Positions 11,391 to 25,921 of a stretch of 64,000 nucleotides of DNA are shown piece after piece; the stretch's first letter is position 1, and each line of letters opens with the position of its first letter. A program made the translations under genes and the position numbers. Location of the stretch: positions 20,212,001 to 20,276,000 of the forward strand of contig NC_135259.1 of the NCBI RefSeq assembly GCF_964204865.1, read 5' to 3'. This stretch comes from Styela clava (taxonomy: Eukaryota). Below the pieces are notes generated by a model that ran no database searches, was not told the origin of the DNA, and saw only the letters and a list, made by a program, of their open reading frames with translations.

Positions 11391-13956
11391 GAAGATTGCA
11401 TACCAGTACTACTTCGATTTGGCTTACATGTCCATATATTTAATCATCGCTCTCTTGTTTGAAAATTAATTTGAAATTCCTGTGATTTTACATATCGTAT
11501 TTGAAAGCATGGAATAATACTTATTTTTTGTGGTTTCGATATAACAGCTATATTTTAAGTGGTTTCGTTACAAAACATCGCTTTCAAGGAGGCTTATGTA
11601 TCGTATTACTTGTCGATATTGAATATTGAAGTGTATTTGAAAACCACATTTATATACATGAGAGCAGTGTTTCTCAAGTTATGGATTACGACCAAGGATG
11701 AACATTTCCAATCGAATATTCGAATAGTACATTATTCAAATCGATTCCGAGTAAAATTTCGAATTGCCGCTATCTTTTTTTTTCTTCTTTTCGCCAATGG
11801 TCAAGTTAAAGGCGTATTTGTATTTTTTCAACACAATTCTGACGTATGAATATTTTCTGTAGTGAGTTATTGATAAAATTGTGTTTTTTATTGTGTGTGA
11901 ACGCTCAGCAATCTGTCTGAGTGATGCATGCTATCTTTTCAGTAATTTATGTGTCCTGAGAACGTAAAATAATAGGAAAGTTACGTAAAATTTATATCTC
12001 CCAAATATTCGAGATTCGATTCGATTTAAAAAAAAATATTCGATTCGATTCTGCACGGAAATTTTCTTTGGGTCACGGGATTTTTTCGATAAAAAAGGTG
12101 TTCAATTTTTTTATGGTAAATTCACTGTTTATTTTTTATATTTGTTATTCAAGTGTTACTCAATAGTAATTGTAAACGTGGGTTAGCAGTTGTCTGACTT
12201 TGAAATAATATTTGAGGGAGATAAATTTTATTTAAAATTGATAGTTTTATAATATTTATTTAATTTTGTTCATAAAAGTACCACACCTTTATTTTTTTGC
12301 GTACTCCTAGGTCGCGAGATTTTACAATTTTTTTTTTTTTTTAAATTTGGGTTAAGTGAAAAACGGTTCATAACCACTGGATTTGATTATGTCACTTTAG
12401 AATGCTGAAGATGACAAGTTAGGAACTGAATTTTATGAGAATGTATTGAGATTGAGATCACGTTAACCATATGCAATCACGTACTGGATAGTTTTATGGC
12501 GCTGAGATCGCATACGAAATTGGTAATAATTGAAGTCGCTTAGTAAGATCGGGAACCACTGTTCTAATCTAATCTCAGATAAACAAAATCCAAGAAGTAA
12601 GGCCGGTAAACTAGCGGTGAACAATTAGAGAATAGTACAGAGCGTAGCTATTAGCCAGGCCAATTTTTTTAGGAAAATATTTTTGTACTTATGTGGTATG
12701 TGAACCAAGATGACGGACAACGGAACGTGGTATGTGTACCAGGTTAGGTTTAGGGCATAATTTCAGGTACAAATACTACAGGGGTCACTTGGCTAGTCCA
12801 CAAACTTGTAATAAAATTATGTTCTAACCCCAACCTGGTACACATACTACGTTCCGGTGTCCTCCGTCTTGATGCACATACTGCATGAGGGCCAATTTTT
12901 TTTGTAAATTGACGTAACACAACGCTTGCTCGTGCTTTTTGCTCCGGATAAAAGCAGACACTAATATCTAAAAGCGCTCTACAGACATAGCCGAAGTTAT
13001 CCAAAGCATATAAGCGAGCATTTTCATCTATCTTGGTTGGTTCAATTTAGTGGTAGGGCTACTCCCGCAGTATCTGTACCAGGTTAGGCCATAATTTTAT
13101 TCCGATATTCTTATTTTAGTTCTATTACGAGTCGGGGACTCTCTGTGTTAGCCAAGTGAATCCTGCCCATGGTCTCATTACACAACCAAATTGATGTAAA
13201 ATAAGCAAACAAAGTGGGAAGGGGCGCTTCATAATGATACGCCTGTGATAACAGAATATTTATATAACTCATTCTCTTTCTTGATTGATAAATATAAATT
13301 GATATCTATTATTGGATCCATTATCAATGTGTTACCGTGCCCGCAGGCAACTCTTTGACACTTTCAAAAAACATGTAAAACCACAGTAATTTATACGTAA
13401 TTGAATTAACATAAATGAAAATAGAAGTATAGATTTACCGTCTATATATTATATTTTTTCATTGTAGTGCCCTGTAATGAAGTCGGTGAATATACCGGTT
13501 GTTTCCACATATAAACAATTTTAGGATTTAGAAATTATTTTTTTCTATGAGTATTTTTTTTAGGTAGTATTTCATCATTGAGAATTTACAGTGTGACTGC
13601 AACTCATAACATGTTTCGTATTTTATTCTAAGCATATGGATACGTTTTATATGCCAAATCGTCATGTGTGACAGGTGAGTTTGCATTGTAGGACTTGTGG
13701 GCAAATAGGATTCACAGTACTCCCGTAGTGTGGGTACCAGGTTAGACCGTAATTTTATTTCTATTTTCCTTATTTTAGTGTTATAACGAGTTCGGGGACT
13801 GTCTGTGTTAGCCAAGTGAATATACCTAATGCCCATAGGTTTCAGTCCCTTTACACAACTTGATGTAAAGTAGGCGAACAAAATTTGTTACCTTTACCTA
13901 CATATTGGTACACAGCACACTTCTGGTGAGACGGATTCACTGGTGTTAGTGTTAAA

Positions 13957-14292
13957 ACTAGGGCATTTTTGAATACCTGATTATTTTAGAATCCAATCGA
14001 ATATTTTTTTTCGAATCGAATTGAATCTCGAATACTTGGAAGATATGAAATTGTATGTGACTTTCCCATTATTTTAGGTCCTCCAGACACATAAATTACT
14101 GAAAATCAATACCTCGATACAGAAAAGAGTCATATGTCAGAATTGCGTTGAAAAAATATGGTTTCAATGAGAAAAAAAATTGAGAAATTTATCTCGACCA
14201 TTGGCGGAAAGAAAAAACAAGATGCCGGCGATTCGATAATTTGCTCTAAACCGATTCGAATAATTTACTATTCGATTCGAAATGCCCAGTCT
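13957..14292. mobile_element. MITE with GGGCATTTT(C)GAAT ends and ATTCG-rich subterminal repeats
   Basis: Inverted ends. Shorter or inverted copies at ~62818-62990, 11695-12050 and 4785-4870. Confidence 0.7.
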
Positions 14293-15289
14293 CAGTTAGA
14301 ATAAGCATATGAGGTACATGGTATAGTAAGAGGCAACCGCCCCGAGTAGCACGTTGTAGAAGGACTGAGGGAAGCAGATAAAATGATTTTAATCTGATTC
14401 ATGTGAGTTTGTTGCTTAGTTTGACGACCCAAATAATAATACGAACGGAAAACTCACTCTTACTTAATTCATTCATTCAATTGTATAACAATATGGCTGA
14501 TAGAATTACTGGTAAGAAATCTCTAGGAAGAACAGAGGTGTGTGTAGTCGATTGTTTGGGTTGAGGCGGCTTAGTTCGCTAATTTAATTATTAATATTAT
14601 ACACATTTCACTTTTACTCAACCTTTTTAATTTATTCCTTCACATGTATAACAACATCTATAATTTGTTCATCACTCCAAATTATGTTTAAGTTCAGTAT
14701 AAGGGACATCCTGACCAGAACTGTCCCCGAGCAGCAGAAAAGTTTGGCACGCCCTTGGGTATATAAGTATATATAGATGTTTCCCAGCATACGGGTCGCG
14801 CACGACTCATTCATCACTGGGTCGTCTGAAGATCCTCTCAGATCGCTTTTTTTACCACAAAAACTCAAAAGTTGGTAATTTTATATTCTAGTAATTGTCC
14901 CCGTTATAACTTCCCAAGATCAATTTTACTTAATCATTGCAAAGAACTGAATATAGGCCCCGTGAATATTATCAATTTGCTAACAAATCCCAGAATTATA
15001 TCATTTGTTATAGAATACGTCCTCGTAACGGGTCGAAGCATTTGAGCACCAAACGTTTAATATCACAGTCCTGGTGCACAAAACTAAGCCAGTTATAAGC
15101 ACCATTAAAATAATAATAATATAATAATAATAATAGTTTGTTTCAAATTTGTATTGAGGTGTTTTTCAATAGTAATTGAATATGTGAGAAGTATCGCAGC
15201 GTTCCAGTAAAATAGGTGTTAAGTAAATATGATTGTTTTATATTAGTAATTTAGTTTTGTAGTTGTAATGTTCTGGCTCATTACAGATA

Positions 15290-16870
15290 TAAAACCACGT
15301 AAAATAAAATCAATGAGCGCGAACCCGACTTTTCATTTGAAACACATGGCTTCAAAACTTAGATTACGCATAGGCAATGCACGATGACGCAAAATAAAAT
15401 AAATGACCGCGACTCCGACTTTTCCTTTAAAATATATGACTTCGAAACTTGGGTTATGCATGGACAATGTACAATGACGTAAATTACAAATAAAAATGAG
15501 CGCAAACCCGACTTTTTTCGTTTGAAGCACATGACGTTAAAAATAGGAAACGTTTTGAATGATCGCGAACTCGAACTTTTGTTTGAACGACATGGAAAAC
15601 ACACATATAGCCTAATGCCCAGAAAGAACGGACTCGATTGTCTAAAAATCTAATATAACAGACCTGATAAGTATTATATATTGAATGACTTGCACATATT
15701 TAGAAGATCGATTACCTAAGTTTTTATTTGTCTCGGACTGGGGTCATATCATGTCGCATAAAAACACGGATGTAAAATAAAAAAAGCGCGAACCCGACTT
15801 TCCCTTTGAAGCACCTGACTTCAAAACTTAGATTATGCATAGGCAATGCACAAAGTCTACGGCGTATAATAAAAGAATGAGAGCAAACCCGAATTTTCAT
15901 TTAAAACACATAGAACACACGCATATATTCCATCGTACTCGACTTTTTCTTTGAAGCTAATATCGTTTAAAACTGATTACGCATAGGTAACGCACAACGG
16001 CGTAAATAAAATAAATGATCGCGAACCCGAATTTTCCTTTGAAACACATGACGTTGAAAATACGAAACATATCGAATTAGAGCGAACTCGAATTTCATTT
16101 AAAACACACAGCATTACGTGGCGCTTAGCTTGATGCACAGAGACGTGAAATAAAATAAAAGATCGCAAACCCGACTTTTCATTTGGAGCACATGATGTTG
16201 AAAATAATAAACCTATTGAATGAGCGTGAACCCGACTTTTCATTTGAAGCACATGACGTTAAAAAATAGGAACCGTATCGAACGAGAGCGAACCCGAACT
16301 TTCATTTGAAACATATGGAACACACGCAGATATTCCGGCGCGAACCCGAATTTCAATTTGAAGCAAATATCGTTAAAAACTGATAACGCATATGCCGTAT
16401 AGGAAGGCGTAAAAGAAGTAAATGACTGCAAACCCGACTTCTCCTTCGAAGTACGTAACATTGAAAAATATGAAACACATCGAATGAGCGCAAACCCGAA
16501 CTTTCATTTGAAACACATGGGACACACGCATATATCCTAATGCCAAAGAGAAGAAGATTTGGTTCAGACCTAATTAGTATAGTTCAGGGAATGACTTGCA
16601 CATTTTTAAATGATCGAATACCTGCGCACTTATTTCCCACAAATGGGGCAAAATGTCGCATGCAACTGTGTGAAATAAATAAGCGCAAACCCGATTTTCC
16701 TTTGAGGTTAGTAACGCTAGAATATCAGTTACGAAATGCATGAATATGTCAGTCACGTATTAGCGCAACCTCGAGTGTTTATTTAAAGCGTATGACGCGT
16801 AATTAAATAAAATCATCTAATTAACTAATTTATTAACGAATGAGCGCAACCCCAAATGTCCATTTGAACC
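15290..16870. repeat. diverged tandem array built on GCGCGAACCCGACTTTTCATTTGAAACACATG (~60-80-bp units, ~240-bp higher order)
   Basis: The core recurs roughly 20 times; block 15560-15800 is repeated at 16485-16700. Confidence 0.85.
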
Positions 16871-17116
16871 ATACCATTGAATATTTGAAATATTTTAGTC
16901 ACGCTTCCTCATCACGCGCGAGCAATGACTTTTTAAAAAAATGCTGCATCATGTAGCCCTAAATAATTCGGTCCTGGTGCACACTACTGCACTAGATAAT
17001 CAGCAACAAAGAGAATTAAAGTTTTCAGTCGTAAAACGTGAGAAAGAGTTTTGAAATTGGGCAAAAATAAATGTATTAGAAAATGTTGGGAAATCAATGC
17101 TATAATATATATGCTG

Positions 17117-17352
17117 GGTACTCCTGTAGTATGCGAACCAAGATGGCGGACACCGGAACGTAGTATATGTACCAGGTCGGGGTTAGGCCATAATTTCAGG
17201 TATAAATATGACCGAAGTTACTCGGCTAGTCCCTGAACTCGTAATGGAACAAAAATAAGAAAAATCGGAATAAAATTATGGCCTAACCATAACCTGGTAC
17301 ACATACTACGTTCCGGTGTCCGCCATCTTGGTTCACATATTACAGGAGTTCC
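17117..17352. mobile_element. Merlin-like MITE subtype A
   Basis: ~75-bp inverted arms; GGTAC left end. Confidence 0.85.
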
Positions 17353-18769
17353 AAATGATGCTTGCATTAGCAGATCGTAGCCAGCGCAAAATTTGCGAGG
17401 GGAGGGAGCAAAATTTTATATTTGTATAGTGACGTAATACGATGCTTATACGTGCCTTTTGCTCAGAGTCAGATAAAACTAGCCACCGATATTCAACAAT
17501 ATTTTAAAAGTCAACGCCCATGTTCGAATAAAGTTCTTTATTTAGCAAAGACATAAAAACAAATTGAAAATAATTTTTGTAAATTTTTAATGACTTGTCT
17601 TAAAGTAACTTATCGTCTTCTATATTATGACGTATATTTGTCGTTTATGACGATACAATCACGTTTTGCTTCTATTTATATGTCATACGATAATTTTCTT
17701 GTCATTACGTGACGGTATGTTAGTGTCTTGACTTTTCATATATGGCATAAATAAATCGTTTGGAGGTTTAAGCTAAGCTAGAAAAGATAATGGTTATATA
17801 TCCCGGTCTTCGATTGAGTAAGCATTTTGAATTTCAAAACTGGTAGCGGGCGAGGCGAAATGTTTGCTTATATTTTAATCCAGGCAAGTCATTTTTCATA
17901 TATGTCTTAAATAAAATAATTCAGAGATTTAATGAGCTTGAAAAGATATTGGTCATATAGTGCGGCAGCATTTGTGCGTGCATTCTTAATTTTAAACTAA
18001 TAGCACGAGGCGAAATATTTGCTTTGATTTAATCGAGACGAGTTATCACGAGAAAGGAAAATAGGTATTAATGTATGTGTAGAAAGTGAAAAAGTTTTCT
18101 TACGTATGTGGATGTGTTGGAGCAGTGTTTCCCAAACTTTTTTGGCCGCGGATCCCTGTGTTAGAATCTAATTTTTTACCCCCATTCTATGCCGTAACAA
18201 TCCTTGTGCCTAACCAACGGATGGATAATGTTTTACTTACATCACAATAACACGAACGTGTAATAATGTATTGCAAGAGATTGCTTTCTATTGCTCAATT
18301 TGTCAATTGTCGTAGCAATTTGTGACAAGCAAACTCGTAGGTCCGACTCTACGGCAAGTCACTATACCTGTATTTTATCATTGGTAAGAGATGAAAATGT
18401 TGCCTCGCGCATGCAGGTTTTCCTAATTGCATATACTTACAACAAGTATGTTCTGATGCCCATTCTCTTAAAGTTATGATGTAGTTTTTTCTAGCATAAA
18501 ATACTTAGTGGGCCACAGAAGTTTTATGCAACAAAAATGGACCACGGACGAAAAAAGGTTGAGAAACACTGCTTTAAATCAATCGTGGAACATCGATAAG
18601 ACTCTTTTCATGTCGTCCCAGACCCCCGGTCGGGAAACCCTGGGCTAGAAAGTGTTTTTGAATTTGAGCATAGAGATTTTAAAGAGTTTAGTGTGTGTGT
18701 TTGTGTGTGTGAGAGAGAGAGACAGAAAGAGAGCTACTTGTTCGGAAGATCCTGGTTTGGTGTTGACTG

Positions 18770-20390
18770 CGCTGACTATAAGCGCTGATTTTGCGAGTAA
18801 CACAGGTCCAATGTATTGTAAACATGTACATTTGTCTGCAACCCAGGCAGACGAGAGCGATAGTAATTTTGACAACTCTCATTTCTGTTTTTGTTTAAAT
18901 AAAAAACGTAACTTGAATGCAATTTTAAAGTCATTACATTACAAACAGACGCTCGGAAATGATTTAACTGTTAGGCGCTGTTTTTGCGAGTAACATAAAG
19001 CTAACACTTACATCAGTCTGTGACCCAAGCGGACGAGCGCTTTAGTAAATTTTGACAACTATAATTACTGATTTTGTTTCACTACGTTTCCTTTCTTCTA
19101 TGACCCAAGTTTGCATTGAAGAAAAACGTACAATGAATGCAATTCTAAAGTCATTTAATTACAAACAGACGCCGGAAATGATTTGATTAACAGGCGCGGA
19201 TTTTGTAAGTAATACAGAGCTAACACGTACATGAGTCTGTGAAGTCGTAAATTTTAACTACTGTTTTTTTTTTTTTAAATAGGCTTCTATTATTCTATGA
19301 ACTGAGTTTACATTGAAGAAGAAAGGTACATTAAATGCAATTTTGAAGTCATTTCATTACAAAGAGACGCTCAAAAATGATTTATCTATTAGACGCGGAT
19401 TTTGCAAGTAACACAGAGCTGACACGTACATTCGTCTGTGAAGTCGTAAATTTTAACTACTGTTATTTGTTTTTGTTTTAATAGGCTTCTATTATTCTAT
19501 GAACTGAGTTTGCATTGAAGTAAAAACGTACATTGAACGCAATTTTAAAGTCATTTCATTACAAACAGACGCTCGGAAATGATATAACTATTAGACGCGG
19601 ATTTTGCAAGTAACACAGAGCTGACACGTACATTCGTCTTTGAAGTCGTAAATTTTAACTACTGTTATTTGTTTTTGTTTTAATAGGCTTCTATTATTCT
19701 ATGAACTGAGTTTGCATTGAAGAAAAAACGTACATTGAACGCAATTTTGAAGTCATTTCATTACAAACAGACGCTCGGAAATGATATAACTATTAGACGC
19801 GGATTTTGCAAGTAACACAGAGCTGACACGTACATTCGTCTTTGACCCACGCAGATGAGGGCATTGGTAAATTTTGACAAATATCATTCCTGTTTTTGTT
19901 CAACTCTTGTCCTATTCTTCTGTGAACTGAGTTTGCATTGAAGAAAAAACGTACATTGTACGCGATTTTAAAGTCATTTTATTCTGAACCCTCGAAAATG
20001 ATTCATTAGACGCGGATTTGGCAAGTAATACAGAGCCAATGTATTCTGTTTTTATTTAACTCTTTTCTTTACTCCTGTAAACTGAGATTGTGTAGGAAAA
20101 ATAGGGAAATCCAAATTTGAAGTCTTTTCATTGCAAACAGACATCCGGAAATGATTTATCTATTAAGCGCTAATTTTGCGAGTAACACAGGTCCAATGTA
20201 TAGTAAACATGTAAATTTGCCTGCAACCCAGGCAGACACGCCCGCCAGTAAATTTTGACAACTATTTTTCTGTTTTCGTATAACTACGCTTCCTTCCTTT
20301 TAAGAACCGAGAATGCGTAGGAAGAGAAAACGTAAATTGAATGCAATTTTAAAGTCATTCAATTACAAACATACGCTCAAAAATGTTTTA
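18770..20390. repeat. tandem array of ~200-225-bp units (~7-8 copies)
   Basis: GAACTGAGTTTGCATTGAAG at 19299, 19501, 19703 and 19925; GCAATTTTAAAGTCATT...ACAAACAGACGCTCGGAAATGAT in each unit. Confidence 0.9.
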
Positions 20391-20733
20391 ACTTTTTGTT
20401 GAAGATTCTATATTTGCATTGTTTACTTAGATACTGGTTAAATAATTAATAGTATACAGTTTATATCTTTTCTGTAATCAGTAAAAAAAATGTCAAATTA
20501 CTGTTAAATCTTAGTTATGTTAATTGTGTTTTTTAAAAGCAAAACGCATCCCACACGTTTGAAATTAAATCCACACTATGTCGAGTAATGGCGTATGTAA
20601 AGTCTAACTAAATGGTATTACTTGCTATATAACGTAGAACAGTTGATTTTGAGAAATACACGAGTTCAGTGATGTAGGAGCTTTGCACAAAAGTGATGAT
20701 ATCTCAGGAATATGTTCTAAATTACCCTTTTTC

Positions 20734-20779
20734 GGGTTGGGGGGGTGGGGGTGGGTGGGGGGGGGGGGTGGGGGGGGTG
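20734..20779 (+). other. G-run tract with G-quadruplex potential
   Basis: Six G-runs of 3 or more separated by T/TT in an AT-rich background. Confidence 0.7.
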
Positions 20780-21341
20780 AAGTAGTCATTGTAGATTCTG
20801 CTCGAATGGCTTGACTCATGCGCAACAATTTCTAGACTGAATATCGAGGGCATGCGGGCGTTTCGTTTGGAATTTTTTCTCTGTATTTTATGTATTATTA
20901 CTAATATTCATTCGTTTTTTGTCATTGCTATAACACTTATTTATGCACACATAATTAACTACATGAACTTCACAACAGCGGAAGAGAGATTTGCCAATAA
21001 CACCAGATGAGAGTTCATTAATGATTGGGGAAATTAAATAGAATTTATAAATAGTTTGGGGGGATTTGGGAATAATAGTTCAGTTCATTTAACAGCTGAC
21101 ACACTTTACGTAAAAAATAATTAAGCGATGACTTTGCATTTTTAACTGAGCGGGAACTAATGACTCGCGCACGCATATATAATTTAAAAGTTTAATTTAG
21201 AAATATACTAGCATTTGGCGTTACGCGATAACAACTACCTGTCTTTCATTGTATGCCTTTGCGTCGATGGATCGTGGTATACATGCTAGCAATTAGATAT
21301 TTCTGTGTGACTAATTTTTTATATTCTTGTATGCATCTGTG

Positions 21342-21571
21342 GGTAGTCCCGAAGTATGTGAACCAAGATGGCGGACACCGGAACGTAGTATGTGTACCAG
21401 GTTAGGGTTAGGCCATAATTTTATTCCAATTTTCCTCATTTTAGTTCTATTACAAGTTCGGGTACTAGCCAAATGATTCCCGTAGTATTTGTACCTAAAA
21501 TTATGGTCTAACCTGGTACACACACTACGTTCCGGTGTCCGCCATCTTGGTTCACATACTTCGGGAGTACC
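21342..21571. mobile_element. Merlin-like MITE subtype A inserted in one copy of a tandem duplication
   Basis: TSD catctgtg/cctctgcg; empty paralogous sites at ~22003 and ~23378. Confidence 0.88.
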
Positions 21572-22777
21572 CCTCTGCGCGAACGGGTTTGTATATAATA
21601 CAAGGACGCTGTAACAAGAATAACGATAATTAATTATTTTAAGTAAGTGGAATGATAAATTTAGTTGTACATCGGTTCGGTCTCTAAGGGAATAATACTT
21701 TCCTATTATGCTTTTGTATCAGTAGATGCGTGTACGTATAATGCAAGAATGTTCTAGCATGAGTGAAGATGACTGCTTTAGGTGATTTAAGAGTCTTGCT
21801 GCAAAAATGCTGGTGGAACTGTATGAGTACAATTCGAAGAGGCTGTTAATGTAGCAAGATATGAGATATTTAGAACTAAAGGCATTATCGGCTAGCTAGC
21901 CACCTTTCTTTTGTCTATGCTTTTGCGCTGTTAGATTAGATCGTGGTATACATGTTATCAATTGGATTTCCTGTGTGACTAATTGTTCATCTTTCTCGCA
22001 TGCCTCTGCGCTAGTAGGTTTGTATGAATATAAGGACGCTGTAACAATAATACAGATGACTAATCATATCAGGTAATTGGAACTATATTTTAGTTATACA
22101 GCGGTTAGATTGCTACGGAAGTAAGTAAGTCTCTTTCTTCTATGCTTTTGTGTCGGTGGATCTGTGCGCGTATAATGCAAGAAAGCTGTAGTGGGAGTGA
22201 AAACGACTATTTTAAGTGATTTCAGAGTTTCGCTGCGCAAAGCATTCGCTATGCAGAAGTAAAGATAGATTATTCTAAGTGATTCAAGAGTTTTGCTGCA
22301 CACTAACACAAATGTATTTTTGTAAATTTTGCCAAAGATGAGTATTGTAGGTAATAGGTTCTGAAAGTGCTTCATACGGAGCTTCAGGGTTCGTGAAGCA
22401 ATACCGGCATTATACGGTATGTGACAAAAAGGCGGTAATTCAAGGCGGTTGTTGTCACATTTCGGGGAGTAACAATGTGCACTGATGAATCGTGCTATAC
22501 CTATACATGCTATTTATTTATTTTCTGTGTGACTAATTGTTCATCTTTCTCGTATGCCTATGCGTTAGTCGGTTTGTATATATTACTACGACGCTGTAAC
22601 AATATTATAGATGACTAACCAACTATTGGAACCACTAATATATTAGTACAGTGCTTAGATTATTATGAAAGTAATCATTTCTCTTTCTTCTATGTTTTCG
22701 TGCCGATGGATCCGCATGCGTATAACATAGGATGCTGTAGCAAGAGTGAAAATGACTATTTCAAGTGAGTTAAGAGC

Positions 22778-23171
22778 AGGGATTGGCAAACTACGCCCAC
22801 GGGCCAATTCCGGTCTGTTGGGTACTTCAATTTGGCCCGCCCGATGCTGCCACAATCAAAGTGAAATCAAAATATATACGTTTCAAATAAATATTAGCTC
22901 AAGGAATTTATTGAAATCGCAATTAAACTTAGTTTTAGAACAAGGCTTATTGTTTTTCATTTTTGCTGGAGCTCTAGAAGTATGTACACCAAGATGGCGC
23001 ACATCCTGAACATAGTATGTGTACCAGGTTAGGGTTCAGGTTGTACGCCATCTTGGTGCACATACTTTTGTTATGTAACACTGTAAATATTGTTCATAAA
23101 ATGTTAATTTTACGTCACACTCAGGTGGGTAAAATGTTTGGCACCTGGTTCAAAAACCTTGTCAACCCCTG
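22778..23171. mobile_element. hAT-type MITE containing a nested subtype-B MITE; inverted partial copy at ~23500-23745
   Basis: CAGGGATTGGCAAA...TTGTCAACCCCTG; flanks gttaagag/gattagag. Confidence 0.75.
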
Positions 23172-23899
23172 GATTAGAGTTTCGCGGCTCGAATCAGTGG
23201 AGGACCCGTATATGCGCACAATTCGAAGATACTGTAATTGTAGCTTAAGATATTTAGAAATAAAATGATTATCAACTAGATACCTTTCTTTCAACTATGC
23301 TTTTGCGTTGTTAGATCGTGGTATATATGTTATCAATTGGATTTCCTGTGTGACTGATTGTTTAACTTAATCGCATGCCTCTGCGCTAGCAAGTTTGTAT
23401 GAATATAAAGACGCTGTAACAAATATACACATGACTAACCGTTTTAAGATATTGAAACTTTTAACATATTTGTACAGCGGATAGGCTGAGAACCACTATG
23501 TTAGTGTGACCAGGGGCCATGTAAGAGTGACGTGAAATTTTATGAACAATATTCAAAGTGTTACAAAAGCAAAAGTGGAAAACAATAAGCCTCGCGCCAA
23601 AACTAAATTTAATCTCAACAAATTCCTTGAACTATTTTTCAGCTAAAACATCAATATTTGGTTTTAATTTGGTTGTGTCGTCATCAGGCGGGCCAGATTA
23701 AATAACACAGCGGGCTGGATTTGGCCTGCGGGCCGTTATTTGTTCATGTCAAATCAAGATTCTTGAATGACTTCATTTAGACATAAACGAGTGGCAGTTT
23801 ACTGAGATGAGTCGAGAGCTATTTTGCACGCTGCTTTAATTTTGTTAGTTTTCTATACTCCTTCAAACCTTTTGTAATAAATTTGCAGAACATAGTACA

Positions 23900-25790
23900 T
23901 GGAATCATCCGGATCCGGATCTTGTCCATGATTTGAAATCGACTCTGGTTGCGCATCCCGACTCCGGTTGAAAATTTGAATCCGACGACGGGTTGAGAAA
24001 TTGATTTCGGATTAGAAATTGTTATCTAATTGCGGTACCCATCTCCCAACCGAATATTTGACCATTTTTGCGAATCCCGACTCCGGTTAAAAATTTGATC
24101 TCGACGCCGGTTTTATAAATTGATTCTCATAGTAAATTTCATCTCCGGATCTCGACTTTGAGTAGAGAATCGGAGCCGATTTCCCGAGGACGAATAATAA
24201 ATTAGCTTTAACTCTCGCATTGGTAAACATTGTAGTGTCCGCACCAGGTCTTAGAAACCGGAAAACGTGTGATAATAGACGATGTATCATATTTCCAACT
24301 CCGGAGTAAAATATTGACTTCGATGTTGGTTATCGATTTCGGATCCGGATCTCAAGTCCGGAATTAAGAAATTGACTCCGATTGTGGTTCCTATGATTGG
24401 GATTTTGGTCCACGACTCCGATTAAAAACTTGTCTCCGATTACGGTTCCCGGCTCCCGTGTAAAAAAAAATTAAATTATATTTTTCTTTTCCGGATTGAA
24501 AAACGAACTCCTACTACGGCTTCTGACTTCGGACTGAAATCGATTGCAGTTATCTACTTCGGTTAGAAAAACAGACTCCAGATCCGGATCTCGACTTAAG
24601 AGTAAAGACAATGACTGAACCCGGACTTTAATATTCCGTCCGAGTTGAGCATAGGAAGGCTCGTGTTAAGCGATGAATCATATTCTAAGAATGTTACGAA
24701 AATAGCGTAGAATACTTGAGAGGCTTTGAAAAGTATAAATGACTTCGCAAAATTATTAAGTCCGCAGCGTTATTATTAGCGAATTACGCCCTTATTGAAG
24801 TATGGATAGAGAGCGAAATTTCTATTCCAAACTATCACTAAACGAATTGAACCTTTTTTTGAGTTGCGTATGTCAGATTTTCCAACTACAGAAAAAAATC
24901 TCGACTCCGATGGTGGTTCTCGACTTATGGTCAACAATTGACTCTAATAAAAAAACGAGAATATCGGTCAGTGACCGAAGACTTATCGATCGAAAATTAG
25001 GGGATCCCCATACCAGCGCTCTTACTCCATAGTGACACCTTGTGTCCCATCACTAATCAATTAATAACTCGCTAATTATACTACATAAATCATCCAAAAT
25101 CAATAGGTTTCTGGTACGACATATGATGAATGCACATGCAAAATCTGAAGCAGATTCAATCTTGCTTTCGTGAGATATCGCGTGCATCTAACAGACAGAC
25201 AGCAAATACCTATCAACATACTTACCGATTAAAATCGATAAGTAATGACTGACTTCGCAAAATTATCAAATCGGCAGCTTTATTATTAGCGAATTACGGG
25301 TCATTATTAAGGAGTGAGGTATGAATGACGGGCTGGTTTATAAAATTAATTAAATACTTTTTAGTTGCGTAAATTAAATTCAATGTCGGTGTAAAATATT
25401 GACTCCGATGGTGTTCATTGACTACCGGTCGAAAATTGACTCCGGATCCGGATCTCGAGCTTAGATTAAAAGTAGACTCTGATTTTGGTCACCAATTCCG
25501 GATTGAAAAACTTACCTCTTATGCTGCACCTGATTCAGGATAGATAAAAAAAATGAATTTCGATTGCGCTTAGACTCCGGATTACGATCTCGAGACCGTG
25601 TGAAAGAAATTGATTTCGATTTGCGGTCTTCGAACCCGGATTATAATTCGATTGGAAAACTGACTTCGTCTGCCACTTCTGATTCCGGATACAAAAAAAA
25701 TAACTCCGATTGCAATTAGACTCCGTATCCGGATCTCAATTCTCGATTGAAAAATATACCTCTTGCCCGCTTTTAAACACAGGGTTAGAA
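23900..25790. repeat. GACTCCG/TCCGGATCCGGA-rich degenerate repeat tract
   Basis: Dense GACTCC motifs. The same class occurs at 1930-2180, 2970-4100, 7225-7610 and 33600-34160 (GGAGTC orientation in several). Confidence 0.75.
24972..25246 (+). mobile_element. non-autonomous Helitron/Helentron-like (HINE/DINE-type) element
   Basis: ACAGACAGACAG microsatellite followed by a 3' hairpin (TACTTACCGATT-AA-AATCGATAAGTA). It interrupts a local repeat unit. Confidence 0.5.
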
Positions 25791-25921
25791 GCAATAATCG
25801 GAAAACTCGTGTTAAGCGATGAATAATATTCTACCATTGTCACAGAAATAACACGAAAATTTTGGACGTCTCAAACTCACAGTGCCTTATTATAATGACA
25901 AGGCAAAACTATTAAGTCCTT

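Larger units (their letters stand above)
21240..23430. repeat. diverged tandem duplication, ~4 copies of a ~430-600-bp unit interrupted by MITEs
   Basis: GATCGTGGTATACATG...CTGTGTGACTAATT...GACGCTGTAACAA at ~21270, 21940, 22490 and 23315. Confidence 0.85.

Noticed and set aside
14490-14880. Exon-like, GC-richer patch with a donor-like site
   Set aside because: No consistent spliced frame or recognisable motif on either strand.
20625-20828. Poly-proline ORF
   Set aside because: Translation of the G-run tract on the opposite strand.
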